A stretch of 64,000 nucleotides of DNA from an uncultured bacterium (GCA_963977015.1 CAXBMO010000016.1:1-64000), one strand, 5' to 3'. Shown: positions 19,940 through 29,411, counted from the stretch's first letter. A program made the numbers and translations. The notes: generated from the sequence alone by a model not told the origin.

Positions 19940-21261
19940 ACCCGCTCCTCATCATCTTCGTCGCTGCGGCGGCGGCAAGTGGACTGTCCTGGCCTCCCGA
20001 AGGCAACATGGATGCCCAATCCTCTCCGCAACTTCTCCTGCCCACCGAAACCCTGCTCGATGGCGTCGAAATCGCGAAAACGGCGCCGCTCATCGACCTG
20101 CGATACTACGACTGCCAAACCTACGAACCGAAGCCCGGCGTGTGGTCGCATTGGGGGGATGGAAGCGTGACCGGTGATGTCTATTATTCCGCCATCGGCG
20201 ATCACAGCTCACCATCCGGAAATGCCTTCGTCTACGCTTATGACGCAGCCTCCAAAGAGCTCCGAAAGCTGGTGGACTTGAAGTCGATCCTGAAACAGCC
20301 GGAGGGCCGCTACTCGCCGGGAAAGATCCACAGCGAGATCAACCTCGGCTCCGACGGCTGGCTCTACTTTTCCACTCATCGCGGTTCCACCAAGATCGCC
20401 TTTCACGAAACGGCGAATTTCCAGGGAGACTGGATTTTGCGCCATCATCCGAAATCGGGAAAATCGGAAATCCTGGCTCATGCGCCCCTGCCAATGCAGT
20501 GCATGCCCTGCGGCACCCTCGATCCCGAGCGACTCATCTTTTATGCCGGAACGGCCGATGGACTGAATGAAAAACAGCCGCAGTTCCTGGCTTATGATCT
20601 CAAGAAACGGGAAATCCTCTTTTCCAGCGAGCAAGGCCCCGCCCGCGCCATGATTCGTTCCCGAAGCGGCCTGATTTACTTTCATGCTCAGAAAAGCGGC
20701 CCGGCACCGCTTCTCCGGTTTGACCCGGACTCGCCCGGCGACGGATTGGTCCCCACCTCCGCCTCGGTCGGCCTCCGGGCAGCCACCGGCGAAACCTCCA
20801 AAGGGCGCGTTTACACTGCCGACGGTGGTGAGCTCTGGGAATTCCAGACGAACCGCGAGACGGCGCGCAAGCTGGGTTCGTTGGCCGTCGGAGCGAAGGA
20901 CTACATCACCAGCCTGGACCTCGACCCAAAGACGGAGCGCTATTTGTATTACGTGCCCGGCTCCCACGGCGGCGCAGAAAAGGACGGCAGCCCATTGGTC
21001 CAGTTTGATCTGAAAACGGGTACCCGAAAGGTGATCGCGTTTCTCCATCCCTTCGTCTACGAGCGGATTGGATTCGTGCCCATGGGCAGCTACAGCCTGG
21101 CCGTGTCTGAGGCGGGCGACAAGGTCTTCATCACTTGGAATGGAAATCGTGGCGCCTCCCCGGATCAGATTGCAGGCAACGCCAAGCCGCGGATCAAATT
21201 CAACACCTGCGCCCTGACCGTCGTTCACATCCCGGCCTCAGAGCGGCTCGACGCAGACTGA
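19936..21261 (+). CDS. Secreted hypothetical protein, probable beta-propeller
   Basis: Signal-like N-terminus, 4-bp overlap with the upstream gene, repeated YD/FD strand-turn motifs (GKIHS, DGWLYF). Confidence 0.75.
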   Translation: MNPLLIIFVAAAAASGLSWPPEGNMDAQSSPQLLLPTETLLDGVEIAKTAPLIDLRYYDCQTYEPKPGVWSHWGDGSVTGDVYYSAIGDHSSPSGNAFVYAYDAASKELRKLVDLKSILKQPEGRYSPGKIHSEINLGSDGWLYFSTHRGSTKIAFHETANFQGDWILRHHPKSGKSEILAHAPLPMQCMPCGTLDPERLIFYAGTADGLNEKQPQFLAYDLKKREILFSSEQGPARAMIRSRSGLIYFHAQKSGPAPLLRFDPDSPGDGLVPTSASVGLRAATGETSKGRVYTADGGELWEFQTNRETARKLGSLAVGAKDYITSLDLDPKTERYLYYVPGSHGGAEKDGSPLVQFDLKTGTRKVIAFLHPFVYERIGFVPMGSYSLAVSEAGDKVFITWNGNRGASPDQIAGNAKPRIKFNTCALTVVHIPASERLDAD

Positions 21262-21378
21262 GCCATGGGTTGATCGAGCGCCACGCGCTTCGCCCGAAAC
21301 CTCGGTGAAACAACCGTGCGGCAGATCAAAAGGCGCGAAAGAGTTGCGTGTCTCCTTCCGCTCGCACAGGTTCCCGCA

Positions 21379-22740
21379 ATGACCCCTTCTCAGCGTTTTC
21401 TCCGTTGCAGTTTCTTCCTCGGGCTTGCCGCCACCTTCTGCTTTTTCTCCACCAGCCGCCAGGTTTGCGCTCAGGCTGCCACTGCGGCCACATTTCAGAT
21501 TCCGGAAACCAACGACGGGTTGCCGGGCTCCGGACCGATCCGTCGCTATGACTGGTTTCAGAATCTCTGGACGAAGAAACGGAGCGGTTGGGCGACGCGG
21601 GTTGAAGCGGATCAGGGAGCCCTGGTTTTCCTCGGCGATTCGATCACCCAGGGATGGGGGGACGACTTCAAAGGGATGTTTCCCGGGGTGAAGACCGCGA
21701 ATCGCGGCATCAGCGGAGACACGACCCGGGGAATGCTGATTCGATTGGAGGAGGACGTGCTTTCGCTCAATCCCAGTGGCGTGGTCATGCTGATGGGCAC
21801 GAACGATTTGGAAGAAATGGCGGAGCCGGAAACGATCGCCGCGAACTTCAGCCTCATCATCGCCGCGTTGAAAAAACACAATCCGGACCTGCCGATCGTG
21901 TTGTGTCAGGTGTTTCCCAGCTCGGCGAAGAAGAAGCGACCGGCCGACAAGATCCAGGCGGTGAACGCGCTTTACGCCGCCGCCGTGAAAGGCGATCCAC
22001 AGATTACGGTGCTCGATACCTGGACGCTGTTCGCCGATGCCGAGGGCGACGCGAAAGCCGCGGAGTTTCCCGACCTCCTCCATCCCAACAAGCTGGGCTA
22101 CGAGATGTGGGCAGCGGCCTTGCGACCGGTTTTGGCGACGCTCGATTTTCTCGAAACCAAGCCGGATGACTTCACGGTCGAAGAAGGCTTCGAGAGCCTG
22201 TTCAATGGCGTTGACCTCACCGGTTGGGGATTTCTCCCGACTCCTCCCCGCAAAGCTCCCAAGAAGCCGAACCCGAACCGCCCGGTGTTTGCCGAGGTCC
22301 CGGAGGCGGTCCAGTTCGATGGGAAGACGGAAAGCAATGATGGCCGTTATGTCGCGAAAAACGGGCGCCTGATTGTGACGACGCCGCCTGAGGGACGCCG
22401 AATCCAGCAAATCTGGACGACGCGGGAATTCCCGAACGACTTCATCCTCAAACTCGAGTTTCGTGCGACGCCGAATGCCGACAGCGGCATCTTCATCCGA
22501 AAGCCCCAATTGCAATGCCGCGACTATCCCCTCGCCGGCCCCTACACCGAGCTGAAAAACTACAAGGCTGGAGACTGGAATGAAGTCATCATCACCGTGA
22601 CCGGCGGCACGGCGCATTGCACCTGCAATGGCGAAATCCTGGAAGCGGAGTTCAGCGTTCCCGAAACCGGTCCCATCGGTCTGGAAGGCGATCGCGGACA
22701 AATGGAGTATCGTCGCATCCGCATCAAGGAGCTGCCCTGA
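21379..22740 (+). CDS. SGNH/GDSL esterase fused to DUF1080 (3-keto-disaccharide hydrolase) domain
   Basis: FLGDSIT, NRGISGD, GTND, DLLHPN; then LFNGVDLTGW...DSGIFIR...WNEV...GPIGLE...EYRRIRI. Confidence 0.9.
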   Translation: MTPSQRFLRCSFFLGLAATFCFFSTSRQVCAQAATAATFQIPETNDGLPGSGPIRRYDWFQNLWTKKRSGWATRVEADQGALVFLGDSITQGWGDDFKGMFPGVKTANRGISGDTTRGMLIRLEEDVLSLNPSGVVMLMGTNDLEEMAEPETIAANFSLIIAALKKHNPDLPIVLCQVFPSSAKKKRPADKIQAVNALYAAAVKGDPQITVLDTWTLFADAEGDAKAAEFPDLLHPNKLGYEMWAAALRPVLATLDFLETKPDDFTVEEGFESLFNGVDLTGWGFLPTPPRKAPKKPNPNRPVFAEVPEAVQFDGKTESNDGRYVAKNGRLIVTTPPEGRRIQQIWTTREFPNDFILKLEFRATPNADSGIFIRKPQLQCRDYPLAGPYTELKNYKAGDWNEVIITVTGGTAHCTCNGEILEAEFSVPETGPIGLEGDRGQMEYRRIRIKELP

Positions 22741-22752
22741 TCGGCTGGTCCG

Positions 22753-23121
22753 TTAGCCAGACTCGGAAGTGCCCTTGTCGCCCGAATCTTCGTAGGCCTT
22801 GAGATCACGCTTGAGAGCAACCCTCTTCCAGGCAACGACCAACAGTGCAAAAAACTCATCGGGCGCAATAGTCGTGGCAACCAGGACCGTGCCGTATTTG
22901 CGATAGTGTTCCGTAATATAATAGGTATCGGGATCGGAAGCCATGAGCTGGTCGCGCATCGCGATGTCTCCCAACAAAATCACCACTGCATCCTCTTCCT
23001 GGTGAATCCGGGCAAACAACTTCCCGCCTTTCGCCTTGAATCCCGGCGTTCCATACGATGATTCCTCATAGGCCCCCGGAAGATCCTGAATCATTTTTCG
23101 AATGGTCTCTGTGGTAATCAT
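22753..23121 (-). CDS. MmcQ/YjbR family DNA-binding protein
   Basis: LPGAYEESSYGTPGFK...KLFAR...DPDTYYITEHYRKY..VLV...AW; start ATG 23121. Confidence 0.85.
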   Translation of the reverse strand: MITTETIRKMIQDLPGAYEESSYGTPGFKAKGGKLFARIHQEEDAVVILLGDIAMRDQLMASDPDTYYITEHYRKYGTVLVATTIAPDEFFALLVVAWKRVALKRDLKAYEDSGDKGTSESG

Positions 23122-23250
23122 GATGGGCTTCGATTTCGCCGTCTTCGTCAAATCCCAACCAATGGGGATTCGAGTCCAAGGCAAGAAGAAGCTTTTCCGG
23201 GCCATAGAATCTTGCTGACAAAGTTCCGCGAGCAGACGATAACCTTTTCC

Positions 23251-24048
23251 ATGAAACCCCTTCAGTTCGCCTTCGCCTGGAGCCTTTGTCTCCTCATCAG
23301 CGGATGGTCTCAGGAAACGAGCAGCAACTCCCTGCGAGTGCTCTGCTACAACATCCACTACGGCCAGGGAACGGACGGCACGTATGATGTGGAACGGCTC
23401 GCCAACGTGATCGCGGAACAGAAGCCGGATCTGGTGGCGCTTCAGGAGGTTGACGTTCACGTGGAGCGATCCGGCCGGGTTCACCAGGCTCAACGTCTGG
23501 CCGAGCTAACGGGAATGGCTGTCCGGTTTGGACCAACGCAGCATTACCAGGGCGGATTGTTTGGCAACGCCGTGTTGACCCGTCTGCCAATTCTCGATGT
23601 GTTGATCCAACCCCTCCCCTATACCGAAAGCACCCCTGAACTGGTGACTTATCCACGCGCCGCCATTGCCGTGACCGTCCAGGCAGAAGACGGTCAACCG
23701 CTTCGCTTCATCAGCACCCACTTTCAGCACAACGTGGCCGAGGACCGACTCGCGGAAGCAACGGCGATCAACCAGCACTTCGGCGCGGATTCTCTGCGCA
23801 CCATTCTCGCCGGCGACTTCAACGCGAAACCGGGGTCCGAGCCGATCCTGGAATTGGAGAAGCATTGGACTCACACAGCCAACGAACCCTTCGCTCCCAC
23901 AGCCCCCTCACCGAATCCAAAAAGCCGGATTGACTATATCACCTACCGGCCGGCACCGGCATTTCGCGTTCTCAGCGAGCAGGTCATCGACGAGCCTCTG
24001 GCGTCGGATCATTGCCCGGTGTTGGCCATCTTCGAACTCCTCAAGTAA
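23251..24048 (+). CDS. Endonuclease/exonuclease/phosphatase family protein (secreted)
   Basis: LCYNIH, DLVALQEVD, GNAVLTR, STHF, LAGDFN, RIDYI, SDHCP. Confidence 0.93.
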   Translation: MKPLQFAFAWSLCLLISGWSQETSSNSLRVLCYNIHYGQGTDGTYDVERLANVIAEQKPDLVALQEVDVHVERSGRVHQAQRLAELTGMAVRFGPTQHYQGGLFGNAVLTRLPILDVLIQPLPYTESTPELVTYPRAAIAVTVQAEDGQPLRFISTHFQHNVAEDRLAEATAINQHFGADSLRTILAGDFNAKPGSEPILELEKHWTHTANEPFAPTAPSPNPKSRIDYITYRPAPAFRVLSEQVIDEPLASDHCPVLAIFELLK

Positions 24049-24052
24049 CCCG

Positions 24053-24931
24053 ATGAAAATACTTCGCCCCTTCATTGCCCTGGCTGGAATCCTTCTCTGG
24101 CTCCATCCAGCCTCAGCCGAGGATTTTCGGCCCAATCTGGGTCCGGACCTGGCAACGATCACCGTGCGGAGCGGCGACCTCACGCTCCTGCTTCGCCAAG
24201 GCTCTCAATGGACGCCGGGCCGGATCGATTTCCAAGGGACGGCAATGACGACGGAGCGAAGCGCCTACGGCACGGTCTTCTCGTTTCCCGACGTCGGATT
24301 CATTGGAACCGGCCACCTCGAGAACGAACCGGAGGACCTTCAATCCCTTAAATTCTTCCTCAATGGCAAGAGCATCGAACCCGCAGAAACCCTCACCGGC
24401 CAAACCTTCCGGTTTGAACGGGTCTCGCGAATTCGCGGCTTCAGCCTAACCTCGGTCGTGGAACTCAAAGACAATCGCCTCTACGAGACCGCCACGGTCG
24501 CGAATCAGGAAGCGATCCCGCTGAAGCTGATCTATCACTTCATGCATGCGTGGACCCCGACCGTTTCCAGTTTTCTTGCCGGGAACGACTCCGTGCCGGA
24601 CGAGGTGTTGACGGGAGAGCTTCGCGACGAAGAAGAAGAATCCCGCAAATTCTACATTCAATCCCACGTCGATTGGATCGCCGTATTCGAGCCGGAACGT
24701 GGCCATTTTGCCGTGTCACGAATCCTCGAAACACCCGAACTTGGCGACCATCTCTCCATGATCTGGAACGTTCCCGGCACCTACCGCAAATACTATCTGA
24801 AGTGCTTCCAGAACGAGACGGTTCCCGCTGGTTTCAACGGAACCTGGCGCATGGTCACCGGCTTCGGCGAAGCCAGTTCCGACACCTGGCAGGACGCGGC
24901 CCGTCAACTTGCGAACAAGTTAGGTCGTTAG
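24053..24931 (+). CDS. Secreted hypothetical protein
   Basis: Signal peptide MKILRPFIALAGILLWLHPASA; 4 bp after the upstream stop. Confidence 0.75.
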   Translation: MKILRPFIALAGILLWLHPASAEDFRPNLGPDLATITVRSGDLTLLLRQGSQWTPGRIDFQGTAMTTERSAYGTVFSFPDVGFIGTGHLENEPEDLQSLKFFLNGKSIEPAETLTGQTFRFERVSRIRGFSLTSVVELKDNRLYETATVANQEAIPLKLIYHFMHAWTPTVSSFLAGNDSVPDEVLTGELRDEEEESRKFYIQSHVDWIAVFEPERGHFAVSRILETPELGDHLSMIWNVPGTYRKYYLKCFQNETVPAGFNGTWRMVTGFGEASSDTWQDAARQLANKLGR

Positions 24932-24987
24932 GGAATGAGGCAATTCCGGGTTCTGGTTAGGCAATGGGCGAGAGTCTCGGATTTGTG

Positions 24988-25196
24988 CTAGGGCGCGTTT
25001 GAAAATGAGGTCGAGACGCGCTGCGAGTGATTTTGTCGACTGGGAATGATGGCTCGGGGCGGCGATGAGCCTTCTCACAAAGCCCCGAACAGCATTTCCA
25101 GTCGGGAAAAGCGCCGCATCTCAAGATCACGCGAAGCCAATCTTCAAAAAAGAGGAACAACTTGCGCGTCCGTCATCATTTTAAAACGCTCCCTAG
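24988..25196. mobile_element. MITE with IS5-family-like terminal inverted repeats
   Basis: CTAGGGCGCGTTTGAAAATGA ... TCATTTTAAAACGCTCCCTAG (19/21 inverted match), CTAG at both ends, long internal hairpin, no ORF. Confidence 0.75.
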
Positions 25197-25207
25197 TTTT
25201 TTGAAAT

Positions 25208-25300
25208 GAGCCGGAGGCTCAATCCGAAACTAGCCGGTGGTGAAGCGCAGCGGAACCACCGGATCGTGATCGAAATAGGATGCGCTCCGAAGGTGCGCAC
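25208..25300 (+). repeat. REP-like three-hairpin unit downstream of tnpA
   Basis: GAGCCGGAGGCTC / CCGGTGGT..ACCACCGG / GCGCTCCGAAGGTGCGC; inverted copy of 25762-25855. Confidence 0.85.
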
Positions 25301-25304
25301 GAAG

Positions 25305-25751
25305 TCACCAGAGGTAACGGTCGTCGAATTCCACCAATCCGCGCCGCAGCATTTCCAGGTATTCGTCTTTGTAGGTCGTTGCTTGATGGTGCCTTTCTTG
25401 ATGGAGGACGTAGGAGCGCACCTTTTCAAGGTCCGGTGGGCTGACGGTGAACGCTCCGTATCCTTCCTGCCAAGCGAACTTTGGTAAATCCAAGGTCTGT
25501 TTGATCCATCGGGAGGAATCTCCTTTGACCTCGCGCATCACATCACACAACCGGTGAGTCGCTTCCAGGCTCACCAAAAGGTGAACGTGATCGCTAATTC
25601 CTCCAACCGCCAAGGCGACTCCGTTCTCGCCCCGAACGATACCTCCAAGATAGGTGTGAATCCTTGAGCGGATTTCGCATTCCAGCCAATTTTCGCGATT
25701 CTTGGTACTGAAGATCAGATGGAAATAGAGCGCGGTATGGGTCGACGGCAT
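25305..25751 (-). CDS. tnpA: Y1 HUH transposase (IS200/IS605 TnpA, REP-associated type)
   Basis: HLIFSTKNR, DHVHLL (HUH), KGDSSRW, WQEGY, YVLHQ (catalytic Tyr) ERHH; no tnpB. Confidence 0.93.
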   Translation of the reverse strand: MPSTHTALYFHLIFSTKNRENWLECEIRSRIHTYLGGIVRGENGVALAVGGISDHVHLLVSLEATHRLCDVMREVKGDSSRWIKQTLDLPKFAWQEGYGAFTVSPPDLEKVRSYVLHQERHHQATTYKDEYLEMLRRGLVEFDDRYLW

Positions 25752-25757
25752 GGGGGC

Positions 25758-25787
25758 ATTCTAGCGCCACCTTCGGGGCGCATTCAA
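25758..25787 (-). promoter_or_regulatory. Putative sigma70 promoter of tnpA embedded in the REP unit (leaderless)
   Basis: Minus strand TTGAAT-GCGCCCCGAAGGTGGCGC (18 nt)-TAGAAT-GCCCCC-ATG. Confidence 0.55.
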
Positions 25788-25855
25788 TTTCGAACTGAAA
25801 CCGGTGGCTCCGCTACGCTCCACCACCGGCTAGGTTCTTTGGGAGCCTCCGGCTC
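25762..25855 (-). repeat. REP-like three-hairpin unit upstream of tnpA
   Basis: Minus strand GAGCCGGAGGCTC...CTAGCCGGTGGTGGAGCGTAGCGGAGCCACCGG...GCGCCCCGAAGGTGGCGC. Confidence 0.85.
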
Positions 25856-25961
25856 GAACCGGAATCCCACCATAGATCCAAGAGAACCAGAATTTTGAAC
25901 CATTCACTCAGCCGTCGCTTTTCACCGATCTAACATTCATATCATTGTCAATCCCCGATAT

Positions 25962-27173
25962 TCATTCCCAGTGAAGCGCAGCTTTCCCGACATGGGTTCC
26001 CGTCGCGAAACATCCCTGCAACAGATAGCCACCGGTGGGCGCCTCCCAATCGATCATTTCGCCAGCGACGAAAACGCCGGGGAGCTTTTTGATCATGAGT
26101 CGATCGTCGATCTCACTCCAGCAAACGCCACCAGCGGTTGAAATGGATTCCGCGACCGGACGCGGACCGGTCAGAGGAATACGACAGTGCTTCACTTCGC
26201 GGGCAAGCTGCTCCGCGTTTTTCCACGGACCCCGATCGGGCAGATGCTTGAGCAGAGCGCAGGTGGCGGCATCCAGCTTCCATCGGCGACGAGCCTCGCG
26301 GACAAAATTCCGCGTCACGTTGCCGAACCGATCCGCTAACTCCTCGACGGACCGATCCGGCTTGAAATCGACGACGACTTCCGGTGCCGTCATGGCTCGG
26401 AGCGCCGGACCGAGATGATAAATGGGGCCGCCTTCGAGACCGTAGTTCGTGATGACAAGCTCTCCGCGGCGACTGACCTTCCCGGCTTTGAGTTGGAGAT
26501 TCTTCAAGGGCAGCCCTTCGGCCTCTGCCAGCAACGCCTTCGGCCAATCGACCTCCCAACCGCAATTGGCGGCGCGGAGAGGCGTGACGCGAATCCCCTT
26601 CGCTTCCAGAATGCTGGTCCAGGTTCCGGTGGAGCCGGTCTGCGGCCACGAAGCCCCGCCCAGCGCGAGAATGACCGCATCAGGTTGATCGGTCACATCA
26701 CCTGATCCGCTGTGAAACGTCAGGCGGCGATCGTCATCCAGCCCGCTCCAGCGATGACCGGTCTGAAACGTGACACCGAGCGATCGCAGCCGCTCGACCC
26801 AACGCCGCAGCAACGGCGCAGCTTTGATCATCCCATCGACCGGCACGGGAAACACCTTTCCGCTTCCCGCCACAAACGTCTCGATCCCGAGACCGGACGC
26901 CCATTCCCTCAACCTCTGATTGTCAAAACTCGTCAGAATCTGCTTCCACAACGCGTTGGGAAGTTCCGCGCCGCCGTAGTGGTCGAGAAACGCGGGGAAC
27001 GCCTCGCCGTTCGTCAAATTGAGCCCACTTTTTCCCGCAACCAGGAACTTGCGTCCCACCGAGCGCATCGCGTCATAGACGGTGACGTTTCCTCCGCCCA
27101 ACGCAGCCACTTCCGCTGCGCGAAGACCGGCCGGGCCACCTCCGATCACTGCAATATTTCTCGTCGTGTTCAG
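25962..27173 (-). CDS. HI0933/BaiN-like flavoprotein (TIGR03862-like)
   Basis: IAVIGGGPAG, GRKFLVAGKSGLNLT, GSGKVFP, LALGGASWP, AISTAGGV-like ESISTAGGV, GEMIDWEAPTGGYLLQ. Start uncertain (CTG 27173 or GTG 27149). Confidence 0.9.
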   Translation of the reverse strand: MNTTRNIAVIGGGPAGLRAAEVAALGGGNVTVYDAMRSVGRKFLVAGKSGLNLTNGEAFPAFLDHYGGAELPNALWKQILTSFDNQRLREWASGLGIETFVAGSGKVFPVPVDGMIKAAPLLRRWVERLRSLGVTFQTGHRWSGLDDDRRLTFHSGSGDVTDQPDAVILALGGASWPQTGSTGTWTSILEAKGIRVTPLRAANCGWEVDWPKALLAEAEGLPLKNLQLKAGKVSRRGELVITNYGLEGGPIYHLGPALRAMTAPEVVVDFKPDRSVEELADRFGNVTRNFVREARRRWKLDAATCALLKHLPDRGPWKNAEQLAREVKHCRIPLTGPRPVAESISTAGGVCWSEIDDRLMIKKLPGVFVAGEMIDWEAPTGGYLLQGCFATGTHVGKAALHWE

Positions 27174-27249
27174 TGAAAGACGCTAAGGCGAAATCCGGCG
27201 ATCGTCCATGGTTGAGTCGAGGAGATCGGGCCTGAACCGATGATGCGTG

Positions 27250-28386
27250 TCAGAGCCGCCAACGCGCCTGACGGAGAACCGCCATCGACGAGCCTGCCAA
27301 CTTCTCATACCAAACGGTGAGCAACCCACCATCGGCCAACTCCACGGTGCTGGGATAACCGAGATCTCCGCCGGCACCGTCTCCGGAAATGATGATTGGC
27401 TCGCCCCAGGTCTTTCCTTCATCCTCGGAAACCCGAGCCTGATTTCCATACGGTTTCCGCCGGTGACCGTAACTCATCAACAGGCGATCGTCGCGCAACC
27501 TCAGCAGGAATGACGGCAGGCCCCAGACTCCGATTTCACGCGGGATCGACCACGTTCTCCCTCCATCCTCCGATTCCGACTGAAGCGTCTCCCCTTTGTT
27601 CGCGGGATTGTGATTTCGAATTTGGGCGATGAGCTTTCCACTCGCGCATTCCACCGCATGGAGCTCGTGATACGCGGCAAAATCGTCGCCGTCCCGCGCT
27701 GGAATCTCCGCCAGCCATTTCCAGGATTTTCCGTCATCGCTCGACTCGCACACGCCAATGCGTTTCTCAGCTTCCCAGAGCAACTTTCCGGCATAGAGAA
27801 GCCGTCCATCGGCAAGCTGAATCGGGCCATGCGGACTGTTGACGATCGTGTGGATCCGCTCCGACCACGTAACGCCGCCGTCGGTCGAACGAATCGCCCA
27901 TTCACCCAGTTCACCTTTCCGGGCTTCATCCGTCGCCAGGCGATGGTGCGCGGCCAACCAACGGGCATCGTCCGTTCGCTTCCCCTTCTTCAGGTAGTAA
28001 TCCTCATAGGCCAACGAGGTGAAGGTCGTGGCAAGCAACGTGCCCTGGCTGGTTTCCAGAATCCCCGCGTCGCGATCATCGATCGGACTGTCGAGCAAGG
28101 TTCGCGGAAAGGTCCAGGTCTCCCCATCGTCGCGCGAGCGCATCATCTCGACGGTGCCAAACGGACAAACGTGGGCTTCCCGTCGCCCCGACCACACGAC
28201 AAGGAGTTCCCCATTTTTTCGTCGTGTCAGGGTCGGCCAACCGTGATAGAGCTCCGGTTGCCAGGAGATGGTTCGAATCGGTTCCGGCTTTTCCACATTG
28301 GCTTCCGATTGCGCCCGCCCAATCGCGGGAAACGCCAAAGCGGCTGTGGCACTCAGGAACGAACGTCGGGGTTTTGGATCGCTCAT
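27250..28386 (-). CDS. Sialidase-family / BNR-repeat protein (Tat signal)
   Basis: PRRSFL Tat motif; multiple Asp-boxes SRDDGETW, STDGGVTW, SSDDGKSW, SEDGGRTW, SEDEGKTW; DLGYPS. Confidence 0.9.
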   Translation of the reverse strand: MSDPKPRRSFLSATAALAFPAIGRAQSEANVEKPEPIRTISWQPELYHGWPTLTRRKNGELLVVWSGRREAHVCPFGTVEMMRSRDDGETWTFPRTLLDSPIDDRDAGILETSQGTLLATTFTSLAYEDYYLKKGKRTDDARWLAAHHRLATDEARKGELGEWAIRSTDGGVTWSERIHTIVNSPHGPIQLADGRLLYAGKLLWEAEKRIGVCESSDDGKSWKWLAEIPARDGDDFAAYHELHAVECASGKLIAQIRNHNPANKGETLQSESEDGGRTWSIPREIGVWGLPSFLLRLRDDRLLMSYGHRRKPYGNQARVSEDEGKTWGEPIIISGDGAGGDLGYPSTVELADGGLLTVWYEKLAGSSMAVLRQARWRL

Positions 28387-28471
28387 CTGCAAAGTCTGCG
28401 GCGATCCTGACAAAATTCCAACCCCAAAAAGGGCGTGATTGAATCTGATGGGCAACAGGGCCTTTCCTCCC

Positions 28472-28655
28472 GATGCTGAAAGCATCTTCCCGGATTTCAG
28501 TCCGGGGAATGCGGACCCCTGAATCCAAGCGGCCTGCAATGTCGCCAGCCATCTCACCAACTCTCTTTCGCTCGCGACCTGTCAGGCCGCATTTTTTCGT
28601 GCGAAGCTTCCCAGGCGTGAACGCCTGGGCTTTGTACGTTGGGACTTTCAGCCCC
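28472..28655. repeat. Inverted pair of REP-like units (REPIN/BIME-like)
   Basis: Hairpins GATGCTGAAAGCATC and TTCCCGGA..TCCGGGGAA; GCGGCCTGCAATGTCGC faces GCGACCTGTCAGGCCGC; then CCCAGGCGTGAACGCCTGGG and GGGACTTTCAGCCCC. Confidence 0.65.
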
Positions 28656-28703
28656 ATTTTGCCCACCACTTTCATTCACACCCCTCAAAAACCCGGCAAT
28701 GCC

Positions 28704-29411
28704 CTATCCGCTCGCCCCATTAAAGAACAGCGGACGATCTCTCCAACGCCGGGAGGGGTTTCGTTCGGATGGAGTTTTGTAGGGCCTCTTCCGATAGCCT
28801 TTTCCCTCCAGATCATTCGCGAACGCCAACTGTTGCTCCACGGTTTTCCGAAAGACATCCATCAAATTTTCTTCGCGTCCTTCCGTGTGCTCCAGGCCGA
28901 GTTGGTTCAGATCGATCAGGAGCTGGTGGAGCGATTCCACCGTGGATAAACACTCGGGTCGCGGCTGATGCTTCACCTGGAACTCCGACGTTCTTCCAGG
29001 CGTGAAACTCACGCGCGGCAACCCATGCAAACTCGTCGTCAGTCGCATCATCTTTTTCGCGCATTGCCAGGTCCCATCGATCACCACCCACTGGATCGGT
29101 TTGTCTCCCAGCTGCGAGGAGGCTCCCGGCTCGGAGAGTTTGATGGCGGTTTTGCCAGGATAGAGCACGACGGTCTGGTAGCGCTCATCGGCGATCGCGT
29201 TTTGAAACGCCGGCATCTCATCAAAATTGATCCCCACCAACACTTCCGAGTTCTGCAGGATGAGGTGACTGAACCGGCCCGTCCCGACTTTCTCCTTTTT
29301 GAACTCCTTCGGGTGCATCAGGATCACGAAGCGGGAGACCGTCGAAAACGGACGCAAGTGCGCGCAGACACAGGTTGCCAATCGACGGCGGCAGTGGAGG
29401 CACAGATTCAT
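28704..29411 (-). CDS. DTW-domain protein (tRNA-uridine aminocarboxypropyltransferase, TapT/YfiP-like)
   Basis: CLHCRR...CVC, ILMHPKE, VLYPG, VIDGTW, LSTVE. Confidence 0.9.
   Translation of the reverse strand: MNLCLHCRRRLATCVCAHLRPFSTVSRFVILMHPKEFKKEKVGTGRFSHLILQNSEVLVGINFDEMPAFQNAIADERYQTVVLYPGKTAIKLSEPGASSQLGDKPIQWVVIDGTWQCAKKMMRLTTSLHGLPRVSFTPGRTSEFQVKHQPRPECLSTVESLHQLLIDLNQLGLEHTEGREENLMDVFRKTVEQQLAFANDLEGKGYRKRPYKTPSERNPSRRWRDRPLFFNGASG

Noticed and set aside
25305-25960. IS605-type tnpB/omegaRNA system
   Set aside because: No tnpB or iscB ORF on either side of tnpA.
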